Shown here: positions 52,201-64,000 of the stretch, in pieces
Numbering within the stretch: the stretch's first letter is position 1
How the letters are laid out: every line of letters starts with the position of its first letter
Source of the DNA: Nageia nagi
Taxonomy: Eukaryota > Plantae > Pinophyta
Direction of reading: 5' to 3'
DNA length: 64,000 nt
NCBI GenBank assembly: GCA_050084985.1
Contig: JBITNC010000002.1
Span: 24,304,001 to 24,368,000 of the forward strand
Program-made: the position numbers and the translations under genes
Notes under the pieces: model-generated
The model's database searches: none
Told to the model about the DNA's origin: nothing
Seen by the model: the letters and a program-made list of their open reading frames with translations, nothing else

Positions 52201-55200
52201 TCTTAATAAAGAACAGTTATCTGCTGTACACCAGATATTGAATTGCACGGGTTTGCCACCATACCTTGTTTATGGACCACCTGGTACGGGTAAGACTGCA
52301 ACATTGGTAGAGGCCATATTACAAGTCCTCAGAAGCAATGTAAATGCCTGTATTCTTGCTTGTGCACCTTCAAATGTTGCTTCTGATTTACTGGTGGAGA
52401 GATTAATTGGACCTGTTCAGAAGAGACAAATATTTAGGTTGAATGCAGTTTCCCGTCCATATAAAGATGTATCACCTCCTGTTATACCGTACTGTTATTA
52501 TAGTGATTCAATTTTTTATTGTCCACCATTGAAAGATTTACTGAAGTATAAGATCATCGTATCAACCTTCTCAAGTGCTTCCATTCTTGATGCCAAGGAT
52601 TGCCTCAGGGTCATTTTACTCATATTTTCTTGGATGAGTCTGGTCAAGGTACAGAGCCAGAGATAATGGTGCCCATTTCTAATTTTGCTAATATAAAAAC
52701 AACTGTTGTTCTTGCTGGTGACCCTCAGCAGTTGGGTCCAGTGGTTTTTTCCCCTATAGCGGAAAAGTTTGGATTGGGCAAATCTTATCTGGAACGGCTT
52801 TCAGAACTCCAACTCTATGGCCTTGATGGAGGCAATGCCCAATTTGTTACAAAACTGGTGAGGAATTATCGTTCTCATCCTGCAATTTTAGAGCTTCCTT
52901 CTCAACTCTTCTATGGAAATACGTTGATCGCTTGTGCGGCCAATGGGATTCGAAATTTACTCTCTGATTTGGATGAACTTCCAAACAAAAAGTTCCCCGT
53001 TGTCTTCTTTGGCATAGAGGGTTGTGATGAAAAGGAAGGTTCAAGTCCTTCATGGTTCAACACAATAGAGGTAAGCAAAGTCCTTGACATTGTCAAAAAA
53101 ATAAAAGATAACAAGAGAAACTCGGTAATTGGAAAGGACATAGGGGTAATAACACCTTATCGTCAACAAGTTGTCAAATTGAAGAAAGCTTTTGCAGCAA
53201 ATGCCTTATCTGATGTGAAAATTGGAAGTGTTGAGCAATTTCAAGGAGATGAGAAACATGTAATTATAATATCTACCGTTCGGTCTAGTTACAAGAATGA
53301 AGAGTTTGATAAAAAATACAACCTGGGATTCATAGGACATCCTAAGCGGTTCAATGTTGCTGTTACACGTGCCAAGTCTCTGCTCGTGGTGGTTGGGAAC
53401 CCATACATACTTAGCAAGGTAATGTTAATGCTTTGTATCCTTTTGAGTTAAAACAGTTTGTGTGTTTTCCTTTTACTTAATACATCTGTACCTTCCTTCT
53501 TTTATGGTACATTTCTAATTTCAACAAATATGCTGTTATTTTAGTATTAAATCAGAGGGGACAATTTAGAAAAATAGAATACTTTCCAAATGCCACCTTA
53601 TTTATGTTTAATATCAGTATCAATGCATTGATGCATTTAAATGATTAGCATTACATTTTATTCCTTTCATTACCTATGTTTTTTATGTAATATTCATCGG
53701 TTTCTATCAAGTGCTAGACGCATAAGTAATATTTATAATTACAAAAAATGCCCATAATGCCGTCCACTGCCTTGCTTGGATTGTAATTATATGGCTTGAC
53801 ATCTATCATCCCTGACCATAATGCCATTCCCTGCCTTTCTTGGGTATCCTTTTGAAGCGCCCTCAAAATTGATTTTCGTTCGTTTTTGTCTTCCCATTTA
53901 TCCTTCCTAGTCTTGGTCCGTTCTATGTCCTCCCTAACAAGTGAGATCAAATTCCACATAGAGATGATTTCCTTATCCGGATGCTGATCCTCTTTGGCCC
54001 AGGTTTCGACACCTTCACATATGGTGTTCTTAACTTTGCCAATGATAACCCAAAACTTGGAGTTCTAGCCTTTGAAGACTCTGATTTCTTTCTAGCTACT
54101 TATTCCAGCCAATTATCTGGTCTCACTCTCCAAATCAACTGGACAATAGAAGATCTGGAAGAATAAGTCCAGTTTTTAAAGATACCTCCAAATTCTGCTA
54201 CACATCACTTAACTCTCATCTTTTCAAGGAACTAATTACAGATTCTCCAAGCTACAGGGCAATGGAGATTAAATGGGAAATCATGGTTCCAGAGTCTCTA
54301 AGTTACAGGGCAATGGAGATTAAATGGGAAATCAATACCTCACTTTCTCAGCAGAGTTAACATGTTGACGCTCCTTTCCACCCCTTGTCCTTCTATCATC
54401 TTTTATGATCTTATTCTTCACAGCTAACCACAACCAACCATTAATCTTGGAGACTCACTCTTTAATCCAAATTTCCTTTGCCATAAAGTTTTACAATGTT
54501 ATTTTTCTCAATATGTTTTACAAAAAGTGATACTGTTCATCAAACTCCCCAGTTTTTTCTTTGCTCCAATCATAGTGATGGAACTCTTGCTCCTGCTGCA
54601 AAACAACTGCTATGTCTTTTTGGTGTTTTAATTGTAAAATATGCAAATAAGACAAAACACACGATAGCTTCATGAACCAAAAAGTAAAGAGAGAGTCTGA
54701 ATAAGTAAGCGTAAAAGGAGATTAAGCAAAGGCAACATCTAACTACAACAAACAAGAAACAACATTCAAATTTTGCTCTCATCAGAGACTTTGCCATGAA
54801 ATAAAATAATTGAATGGTTGGTTGATGAAGGAGATTTCTTTGTTTCAAATAACCTTATGTCATATTTGGAAATATATCAAATAAGCCCATTTTTGCATAT
54901 AATTTTGTTAAAAGTATGTAAATGTGATTCCTTTTCCATAGAGATTGTTAGAAGCTGTGTTTTGCACTTTGTTGTACTTGTTTAGAACTACAAAACCTTT
55001 CATCTTTTCTTGAATGTAAGAGGCATATTAAAACAATAATGTTCTTCACATGGCTCTTTGTTTCTTCCAAAGTTTGATATGCTGTCTATACCTCTGACTC
55101 TTTGTCATCTCTTTAGCAGGACAGATATTGGAATGAGCTGCTTCAATATTGTGTTTCCCACAAATCTTATATTGGCTGTTTGTTACCTCCAAAAAGCAAT

Positions 55201-55308
55201 GGGGATGAGTTCATTCCCACTAATGCATTGCTTCCTGATGAGGTTTCCGTTGATTATGGTACCAGTATATCCATTGATGATATGGAATGGCCTGATAATT
55301 CTTGGTAA
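49291..55308 (+). CDS. SDE3: SDE3/MOV10-like superfamily 1 RNA helicase; exons 49291-51564, 51676-51834, 51962-53418, 55120-55308; 1-nt frameshift at ~52596 (~1359 aa if corrected)
   Basis: Contains YFSTLLYLEELQ, VPGLSEKRPSLVHGD, FSFNR, GPPGTGKT, ACAPSN, FLDESGQ, LAGDPQQLGP, NYRSHP, GVITPYRQQV, SVEQFQG, RFNVAVTRAK and last-exon DRYWNELLQYC..SYIGC. All introns are GT-AG, phase 0. Confidence 0.92.
53720..54580 (-). mobile_element. LINE (L1-like) 3' fragment, antisense in helicase intron 3
   Basis: Minus strand reads KEIWIKE*VSKINGWLWLAVKNKI...RGWKGASTC*LC*ESE..SHL.LHCP, the zf-RVT zinc finger pattern. An internal ~39-bp duplication lies at 54245/54296. Outer boundaries are approximate. Confidence 0.75.
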
Positions 55309-58300
55309 ACTGGGGATGTCAACAAGTTTTGTGGATTTCTATGGATGATTATTTCATGATAGTTGATAGCTTCAATTATAGAAGAATTCTATTTTTTTGA
55401 ATGCAGTGTATGTATACTTGCAACTGACGTGTATAGAGCATGGAGACAAATTGGGCATATGCAGTGAATACTTAAGACTATAATGTACATCAATTTTCAG
55501 AAACTACAGAGAAGTAAGAAATATACTGTCTATAACATGATCTGTTTTATGTTCGGATCTCTCAATTTGTGCCTCCTTGATTAGGTGTCTTTTAAGGTGA
55601 AAATGTCAAAAGTGTGCCATTTTCATTATGTTGAACAATTTTGTTGCATTCATTTACAATATAGTAATATCTGAGGTGCGTTCCTTCCCCACCACCATCC
55701 TCTGCATTTCAAACTTCAGGATCTGTCAGGGGGATTGGAGGCAATTCTGAAATGAAATAAGGATATCACTCATAATATACGAGGGTTTATAATTGTACCA
55801 ATTAGATTCTAAAAAGCCTTACAAGATGGACTAAGTTACGAAGTCTTGAAAATTTAAATTAGGGGTCTTCTCACAAAACTATTATTATTTAAATTTATCG
55901 GAAATGAAGGGAAATTCATATTTATCTTATATTTATTCCAAATGTTAATGAAACCATTCTGCAGGAACACTGGCTTGAAACCCATACAGAATTATGATTT
56001 CTAAGGACCTCCCACACCTTTTTGACACGACACCCTAACACATTGAGGTCTTAGGGTAACATGACATGATACATAGACCTAAAGCCTATGGGTTGATGAT
56101 CTATAAGAGGCAAGAGGATTTGACGCCTCATTTTGAATAATGGAAACAAGAATAAGATTCTTAATGGATTTGGAGAATTCACCTTTTATCATATGAAGCC
56201 CAATTCTTTCTTTCAAGGCTGACATATGCCAATAGATGGGCTGCGTGGCTTGCAAAGTGCATGCCACGTAAGTGGACTTAAATCGGGAACAGCTTTATAA
56301 TCAAGATAGCTTTGTGATGAACCTACCTGTGAATTTTGTGAGAAGCTCCTCTAGTATCATGTTTTAACAAATAAAAAGGTAAGAGGATGCTTATCTGTGA
56401 ACATTTGTAAATAAGTGATATGGTTATTTGTCGTATGATATATATGAGCTTATTATTAAGATACAATATTGTTTTGTATGATCTTGTATAAACTGCTACT
56501 TTATGTTAGTTAATAAAAGTGAAAGTCAATGATCAATGAAGAATAACTTTATTTAAAGGAGTACTTGAAAGCTTCATAAAGCATCTCGTACACATTATTC
56601 CTTGAATTCTAATAATATAATGATAATTATTATTTTTCTTTATGTGATAATTGTAGTGTATCTTATGTTCAATTTGCATTTTATGAATTTGTGAAATAAA
56701 TTGATGATTGTTTTTTAGCCCTGCAATATATATGATATGTGATTGGTCTCATGCTTATCTGCTATTATTTGTATTTTTGTGGAGAAATAGATGTTAAAGG
56801 TAAATATATATGATACCTCATTGATTCCATACTTACCTACTATTACTTGTATTGTTGTAAAGGAACAGATGTTAAAGAAAAAATATTTTATTATCTACAT
56901 CTTATACAAAGGTTATTTTGTTAAGTCTGAAATAATTACTAGGAAAAAGCAGAATTATAAGCTTTTATTAGGAAGGTAGGGTTGACAAAGTAGTTACTTT
57001 CAACAATTTATAATATTTTATATATTTATAATACAATATTTTCTTTTTGAATAATTTGAAGATATTTTTTTACTTGATTAGAAGCAATTTCAATATAATA
57101 GCAAAGAGTTCCCCACTTGCTAGTACTTGTTATTAATGTTTTTGCATTAACCATTGCAAAGAACAATTATAAGCAATCCTTTATGTGACTTCACTCTTTA
57201 CTTGTAACATTTTTTTATGTTTTTTTTGCAATTGATGGATATATGAATATATTTTTTTTCCCTCTCATATTCATATATAGTATCAAGTTCAAGATTATCA
57301 CAACACCCAATTGATAGACAATTCATTCGCTTAGGTTTAGCATGTTCCTTTTTTGCCATGGTTGTGATCAACTTCTTGTTGAGAAAACATTTATAGATTT
57401 TTTTTTGCTTCTCATAGGTTTCTAGATTTATTGTAAAGTGGTCAATTAATAGACTTGATATTTAGGTACCTAAAATTTTTGTTGATTGTGTATTGACTTT
57501 GACTTAGTTCTAACAAAAAACCTAGTTTAGAGAATTGTTCATGTTTGAGATACTTAGAATGTTTGTTTGACTTGTGGAGGGTGGTTGGGAGATGCCATAA
57601 GACTTGCAATAAAAAAAAAATTCAATGAATTTGGTATTGTTTTGATCCACTTATTACAATTTTAGATTTTTCTTCCTAAAATCACTTTCTTGTGAATTTT
57701 GAGTTTTATTTGGAAGATTATTTAGAATTTATTTACATAGAGTTTTTAGTCAAATTTTAGATCATTTGAACCCTATTTACGAGAAATATTTTGATTGTAA
57801 GTTTGGGTGTATACTTGCTTTAGGTGACGCATCATTGCATTCTTTTTGGAGTTTATATTTTAATAAAGTTATTATTGGAAAATAGTGAGGACTTTGCTTT
57901 TCACTATTGATTGAAAGATCAACTTCATTAATCAAAGTTTGTTCCAAAGTGACAAAACCCATATATGGGCGGTTCTCATTGATTTGTCCATGTTGCCAGG
58001 AGTTGATATTATATGAGGCCATATCATATGCAATAATTTTTATTTATATTTGCTTAGTTTTTGTGAGACTAATATTCACACTTGTAAGTAATGTCTATAT
58101 GCAAAACATCATGGTATTTCTAGAAAAATACCATCACATTTATATATGATACTTATAGTTATTCTAACAGTTACCCCTCTCTTTTGGATATGTGTGATAA
58201 GCATGCAAAGGAAACACATGAGTCAAAAGGAAGTATTAGATGACAAAGTAGATAATAAGATAAAATAAAATAGGAAAGATACAAAGTTCAAGCACAATAC

Positions 58301-58481
58301 TTTTAAGATGAATAATATTGATTATATTTTGGAGGACTTTATCTTCAAAGATTTCAAGTGTATATACCCCAAAACCAAAATTTTCTTGATAGCATTACAA
58401 CCAAGCCAATTCCCTTCAAAATTACGATTTTGCATCTCACTTGTATTTGCATTTTTATGCTTTTTCACGAGTATCATGTCT

Positions 58482-58964
58482 TGATGCATGCGTTGCCGGG
58501 GTCGTCACTCTTGATCCGGATGTCGTTTTGCTCCAAATTTTGGACTGTGGCCTCGTGAAGATTTTCTAAATATGGAAGTTCGCTAGAACTGCCATACCAA
58601 AAAAATGATATTTTTAAGACCTGATTCATCCATCTAAGGTCCTAAAAATAGGCTTTTTTAAGAGCACTTCCGATTTTTAGGCTTTTTTGCATGTTGCGGC
58701 TTTAATAACTCTTGTTTTTCTTTTAGTTAAGTGCTGGTATTTTAGATAATGCTTAATTAGTGTAAGAGGGATCTGCATGCAAATTTTGGGCGCAATTTGA
58801 CTCATTTTGGTTTTTTAGCTTTTTTGTTGCTATTTAAAAGGATTGTATTCTCTGGGAGAAGGGGAGGATTCAGGAATAAGAAGAGTATTTGATCCGGATT
58901 TCTTCTGTATATTCTATGATTGGATTTCAATTTCTGTTTTCCTTTTACAGCTGAATTCACATCA
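58482..58964 (+). repeat. 5' LTR (483 bp)
   Basis: Runs TGATG...CATCA. It differs from 63618-64000 at about 14 of 383 bp by hand count. The left flank TGTCT is the predicted TSD. Confidence 0.95.
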
Positions 58965-58966
58965 TT

Positions 58967-58978
58967 TGGTATCAGAGC
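58967..58978 (+). promoter_or_regulatory. PBS, initiator tRNA-Met
   Basis: TGGTATCAGAGC lies two bases after the LTR end. Confidence 0.95.
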
Positions 58979-58988
58979 CAAGGAGAAG

Positions 58989-61900
58989 ATGCCGCCTAGG
59001 AGACAAGGTAGAGGCATCGGTAGAGGAGTCGGTAGGGGTATCGATAGAGGTGTAGCTGATGCGTATGCCCATATGAATCGGCAGATAGAGGACCTACATG
59101 CCGAAGTTGCCCGATTGATCGGTGCAATTAATCGCATGGGGGGGAGGATACCCCATGTGTACCCGCATCCAGGATCTGCTAGTGAGAGCCTGTTTGGGGA
59201 AGAGGACTCTGGTGTTGAGGAGGAAGGAGAACCGATACGTCCAGAAGAAGCTGAGCAAGGCTTTGAAAATCGATTAATCCAAGCCTTGGAGGGGCTAAAG
59301 GGAAATCGAGATGGGATCAAGATTGAAGTTCCTGAGTATGCTGGTGGGTTGAAACCAGAGGAGTTGATTGACTGGGTTAATAGCCTAGAGAAGTATTTTG
59401 AATGGGGAAACCTTGCAGAGGATAAGAAGGTGAAGCTTGCATGCACGAAGTTGAAGGGACATGCATTGATCTGGTGGGATCATTTACAAAAATCTCGACA
59501 ATAGAAGGGAAAAGAGAAGATCAGAGCTTGGGCCAAGATGAAGAAAAAATTAGAAGAAAAGTTTATTCCTATAGACTATTCCCAGACCTTATTTCGGAGG
59601 TTCCAGAACCTTCGACAGAGAGACCAAAGCATCGAAGATTACACCAATGAGTTCTATAAATTATCCATTCGGGTAGAGCATAAGGAGACAGACCAACAGA
59701 GAGCTGCAAGGTATGTGAATGGTCTAAGCTATTCTATTTAGGATGAGATAAGTATGCATCACACTCTTACTGTAGAGGATGCATATCAAATGGCTTTGAA
59801 GGCTGAGGAGAAGCTTACGAGACGTAACAAAGGGGGAAAGAAAGGGTCGACACCCTCTTCAAATAGAGGGCGAGGTGGATCTAACTTCGCAAGGGGTTAA
59901 TCTTCGATGACTGGGAAAAAGGAGGATCAGGCAGGACAGAGCCAAGACACCCTCCAAAGAGGAAGAGGATATCCAAGAGGAAGAGGTAACGGTGGAAGGA
60001 TAGGAAGTGGACCGGGGAAACCATTCATTTGTTACAGATGTGGAGAAGAAGGGCATAAAGCATCTGAATGTCCTCATTATGATGCAAAGGAGAGGGGTCC
60101 AGCTAGGGTCGCATTAGTTGAAGAAGAAGAAGAGGAAGAGGCTAAGATTGAAGTTGCTGCAGACACGGGTGAAACCCTCATGATAAGAAGGACCCTTGTT
60201 GTTCCTGAGAAAGTAAGCATGCAGGAAGGGGATAAGGAGGACTCTTGGTTGTGTAATAACATTTTCCGCACAAGATGCACTTCAGGAGGAAAGGTGTGTA
60301 ACATGGTCATTGATGGAGGGAGTTGTGAAAATTTGGTCTCTGATGTTATGGTCGATAAGTTACAGTTAAAATGTGAGGCCCATCCAACCCTTATCGTGTT
60401 TCCTGGATTAAGAAAAAAAATACAGTGATTGTTGATAAGAGGTGTTTAGTAAGCTTTTCCATAGGGAAGGCATACAAGGATATTGTATGGTGTGATGTGA
60501 TTCCGATGGATGCATGTCATATTCTGTTAGGAAAGCCATGGCAGTATGATAGAGATTCAAAACATAATGGGAAAAAAAATACTCACACATTCTGGAAGGA
60601 TGGTGTAAAGATAGTTTTGGTGCCCATGAAGGAGGAGGGGCCAAGTGAGAGCTTATTGGTAACAAAGGATTTTCTTGCAGAAATTAAGGGTGCTAGCTTC
60701 TGTTATGCCTTAATAGCTAAAAAGGTAGAAGAAGGGGAAGTAGTTATACCCATAGTAGTAGCTAAATTGCTACAAGAGTATGAGGACATCACACCAAAGG
60801 AGTTGCCAGATGGGTTACCACCACAGAGGGATATCCAACATCACATGGACTTGATCCCAGGATCAGTTCTTCTGAATCAGGCTGCCTATCGATTGAATCC
60901 CACGTAGAATGCAGAGTTGAGTAGGCAAGTGACAAAGTTGATACAGAAGGGATTAATTCGGGAGAGTATGAGCCCATGTGCAACTCCAGCCTTATTAACC
61001 CCAAAGAAAGATGGGTCATGGCGGATGTGTTTAGACAGTAGAGCCATCAACAAGATCACAATAAAGTATCGATACCCAATGCCAAGGGTTGATGACATGA
61101 TGGATGGATTAGCTGGTGCTCAATACTTCAGTAAAATTGATTTGCGAAGTGGCTACTACCAAATCAGAATTCGAGAAGGTGATGAATGGAAGATAGCTTT
61201 TAAGATAAATGATGGATTGTACGAGTGGATGGTGATGCCCTTTGGGTTATCTAATGCACCTAGTACATTCATGTGATTGATGAATAGAGTTCTGCGAGAA
61301 TATAATGGTAAGTTTGTAGTTGTGTATTTTGATGATATTTTGATTTATAGCAAAGGGGAGGAAGAGCATTTGTTCCACTTAAGATTGGTCTTAGATGTGC
61401 TCAAGAAGGAGAAGTTGTATGTGAACCTGAAGAAATGCAGATTTCTTCATAATAGTCTAGTATTTTTGGGATTTGTAATCTCAAGAGATGGCATGCGAAT
61501 GGATGATGAGAAAGTGAGGGTGCTTTTGGAATGGCCTACTCCACAAACTATGACAGAGGTGAGGAGCTTCCATGGGCTAGCTTCTTTTTATAGAAAGTTT
61601 ATTAGGAACTTCAGCAGTATAGCTGCCCCAATAACTGAGTGCACAAAGGGAAAGGATTTTGTATGGACCAAGGTAGCAGGAGAGAGTTTTGAGATCCTGA
61701 AGAAGAAGGTGTCTGAAGCCCCTGTTCTAGTGTTACCAGATTTCAACAAGGTATTTGAGGTTGATTGTGATGCATCTTTTGTTGGAATTGGAGGTGTGTT
61801 GAGTCAGGAGGGCAGACCAGTTGCATTCTTTAGTGAGAAGTTGAATGATGCCCGAAAAAACTATTCTACTTATGTGATTGTGCAAGCACTGCAGCATTGG

Positions 61901-63620
61901 AGGCACTACTTAATTTCAAAGGAGTTTGTTTTTTATTGATCATGAAGCATTGAGGTATGTTAACTCTCAGAAAAAGTTGAATGGTAGACATGCAAAGTGG
62001 GTTTCTTTTCTGCAACAGTATACATTTGTTTTGAAGCACAAGTCTGGTAAGCAAAATAAGGTTGTTGATGCATTGAGTAGGAGAGTCTTGTTACTGACCA
62101 CTATGGAAAATCAGGTGGTGGGGTTTGAGCAAATCAAAGAGATGTATGATTTTGATGTAGATTTTGAGAATATTGTGTAGCAATGTAAGAACCCAGTAGA
62201 GGGTGAGTCTCATGCAAATTTTGATGAATATTTTCTTCAGAATGGTTACCTATTTACAGGTAATCGATTGTGCATTCCCAATGGCTCTATGCGGGAGAAC
62301 ATCTTGAGGGAATTGCATAGTGGAGGTCTGGCTGGTCATTTTGGAGTAGCCAAAACTATGACTCTTATAGCAGAGAAGTATTATTGGCCAAAGATGAAGA
62401 GAGATGTGGTTTGATTTGTCTCTCGATGCAGGGTGTGCCAGACAGCTAAGGGCCATGCACAGAATACAGGGCTGTACATGCCACTCCTGATTCCTATAGG
62501 CCCTTGGATCGATTTGAGCATGGATTTTGTGCTAGGGCTACCCAAGACCCAACAGGGTAAGGATTCCATTTTTGTTGTGGTGGATAGGTTTTCCAAAATG
62601 GCACATTTCCTTCCTTGTCAGAAAACTAATGATGCCACGAAGATTACAATCTTATTTTTTGATGAGGTTGTGCGGTTGCATGGTGTTCCTAAGACTATTA
62701 CTTCTGATCGAGGTTCTAAGTTCTTGGGCCATTTTTGGAGGACATTATGGAGGAAGTTGAATACCAAGCTACAGTTCAGTAGTGCCTATCATCCACAGAC
62801 CGATGGCCAAACTGAGGTGGTAAACAGAAGCTTGGGAAATCTTTTACGATGCATAGTTGGGGATAAGCCAAAACAGTGGGATCTAGCCTTATCGCAAGCT
62901 GAATTTGCATATAATAGCTCTGTGAATCGATCAACAGGTAAATCCCCTTTTCAAATAGTTTATGGTCAAAATCCTAGAGGTGTTTTTGATCTGGTTGAGC
63001 TACCAATGGGAGAACAGGTTAGTGATGAGGCAGAAGCCTTTGCTGAGCATATACACGAAGTGCAAGAATCAGTGAAAGCCAAATTACAAAATAGTAATGC
63101 TCAGTATAAGACAACCGTTGATGCACATAGGAGGGTGAAAGTGTTTAAAGAAGGTGATTTGGTCATGGTACATCTTTGAAAGGAAAGATTTCCTAAAGGG
63201 ACATATAACAAACTGAATCTTAAGAAGATTGGGCCCTGCAAGATTCTGAAGAAAATCAATGATAATGCTTATAGAGTTGAATTGCCTGATGATTTTGATA
63301 TCTCCCCATTTTTTAATGTTTCTGATTTATTTCAGTATTTTGGTAATCTGGAGGATGATGGCTTACACGATACAGTGGATTGGGTTCAACAAATTCCCAA
63401 GAAGAAAAAAGATTATGTAGCCCGTATACTTGATAAGAGGGTTACCACTACACGGCATGGGAACTACAACAGATATTTGGTTCAATGGGAGGGACTACCA
63501 CAATCATCTAATACTTGGGTTTCAGAGTCAGAGTTATAGAAGATTGATAACCAAAAGCTTCAGGAATTTCAATCAATTGAACTCGCAGGAGCTGAGTTCT
63601 TTTTCACCAGAGGAGAATGA
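58989..63620 (+). pseudogene. gag-pol polyprotein, disrupted
   Basis: Starts MPPRRQ. Nine in-frame stops, plus frameshifts near 60387 and 61930. Confidence 0.93.
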
Positions 63621-64000
63621 TGCATGCGTTGTCCGGGCCGTCACTCTTGATCCGGATGTCGTTTTGCTCCAAATTTTGGACTGTGGCCTCGTGAAGATTT
63701 TCTAAGTATGGCAGTTCATTAGAACTGCCATACCCAAAAAATGATATTTTTAAGACCTGATTCATCCATATAAGGTCCTAAAAATAGGCTTTTTTAAGAG
63801 CACTTCTGATTTTTAGGCTTTTTTGCATGTTGCGGCTTTAATAACTCTTGTTTTTCTTTTAGTTAAGTGCTGGTGTTTTAGATAATGCTTAATTAGTGTA
63901 AGAGGGATGCGCATGCAAATTTTGGGCGCAATCTGACTCATTTTGGTTTTTTAGCTTTTTTGTTGCTATTTAAAAGGATTGTATTCTCTGGGAGAAGGGG
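63618..64000 (+). repeat. 3' LTR (truncated by window end), PPT AGAGGAGAA at 63609-63617
   Basis: Direct repeat of 58482-58864. Confidence 0.95.

Larger units (their letters stand above)
58482..64000 (+). mobile_element. Ty3/gypsy chromovirus, CRM-like, with C-terminal chromodomain; 3' LTR runs off the window
   Basis: LTR termini are TGATG...CATCA, with a Met PBS. Contains gag, CCHC knuckle (CYRCGEEGHKASEC), protease IDGGS, RT YFDD, RNase H CDAS, integrase, GPC motif and chromodomain YLVQWEG..NTW. Confidence 0.96.

Noticed and set aside
52585-52640. Programmed -1 ribosomal frameshift or micro-intron in the helicase
   Set aside because: There is no X XXY YYZ slippery heptamer and no GT-AG pair that restores the frame. 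A simple 1-nt deletion explains it.
58802-59446. 214-aa minus-strand ORF
   Set aside because: It is the antisense shadow of gag and the LTR.

Overview
AT-rich eukaryotic plant genomic DNA. A gymnosperm host is inferred from the retrotransposon lineages present, not proven. There are two host genes. One is an intact 3-exon PADRE/DUF4228 gene (28375-29104, +). The other is a 4-exon SDE3/MOV10-like SF1 RNA helicase (49291-55308, +) with a hydrophobic N-terminus, a long disordered extension and a 1-nt frameshift just before motif II. The rest is layered transposon debris. An old Ty1/copia is split inside its integrase by a ~15.9 kb Tat-lineage Ty3/gypsy segment, which has a protease-archaeal RNase H-RT order, a long extra ORF and two PBSs. 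That segment appears to have entered through microhomology rather than integrase. Also present are two solo LTRs with TSDs, a tRNA-derived SINE, a hairpin MITE, a degenerate duplicated REM/B3-domain gene, an antisense L1 fragment in the helicase intron, and a younger CRM-like chromovirus (58482 to window end). All alignments, translations and family assignments were done by eye, with no database searches.
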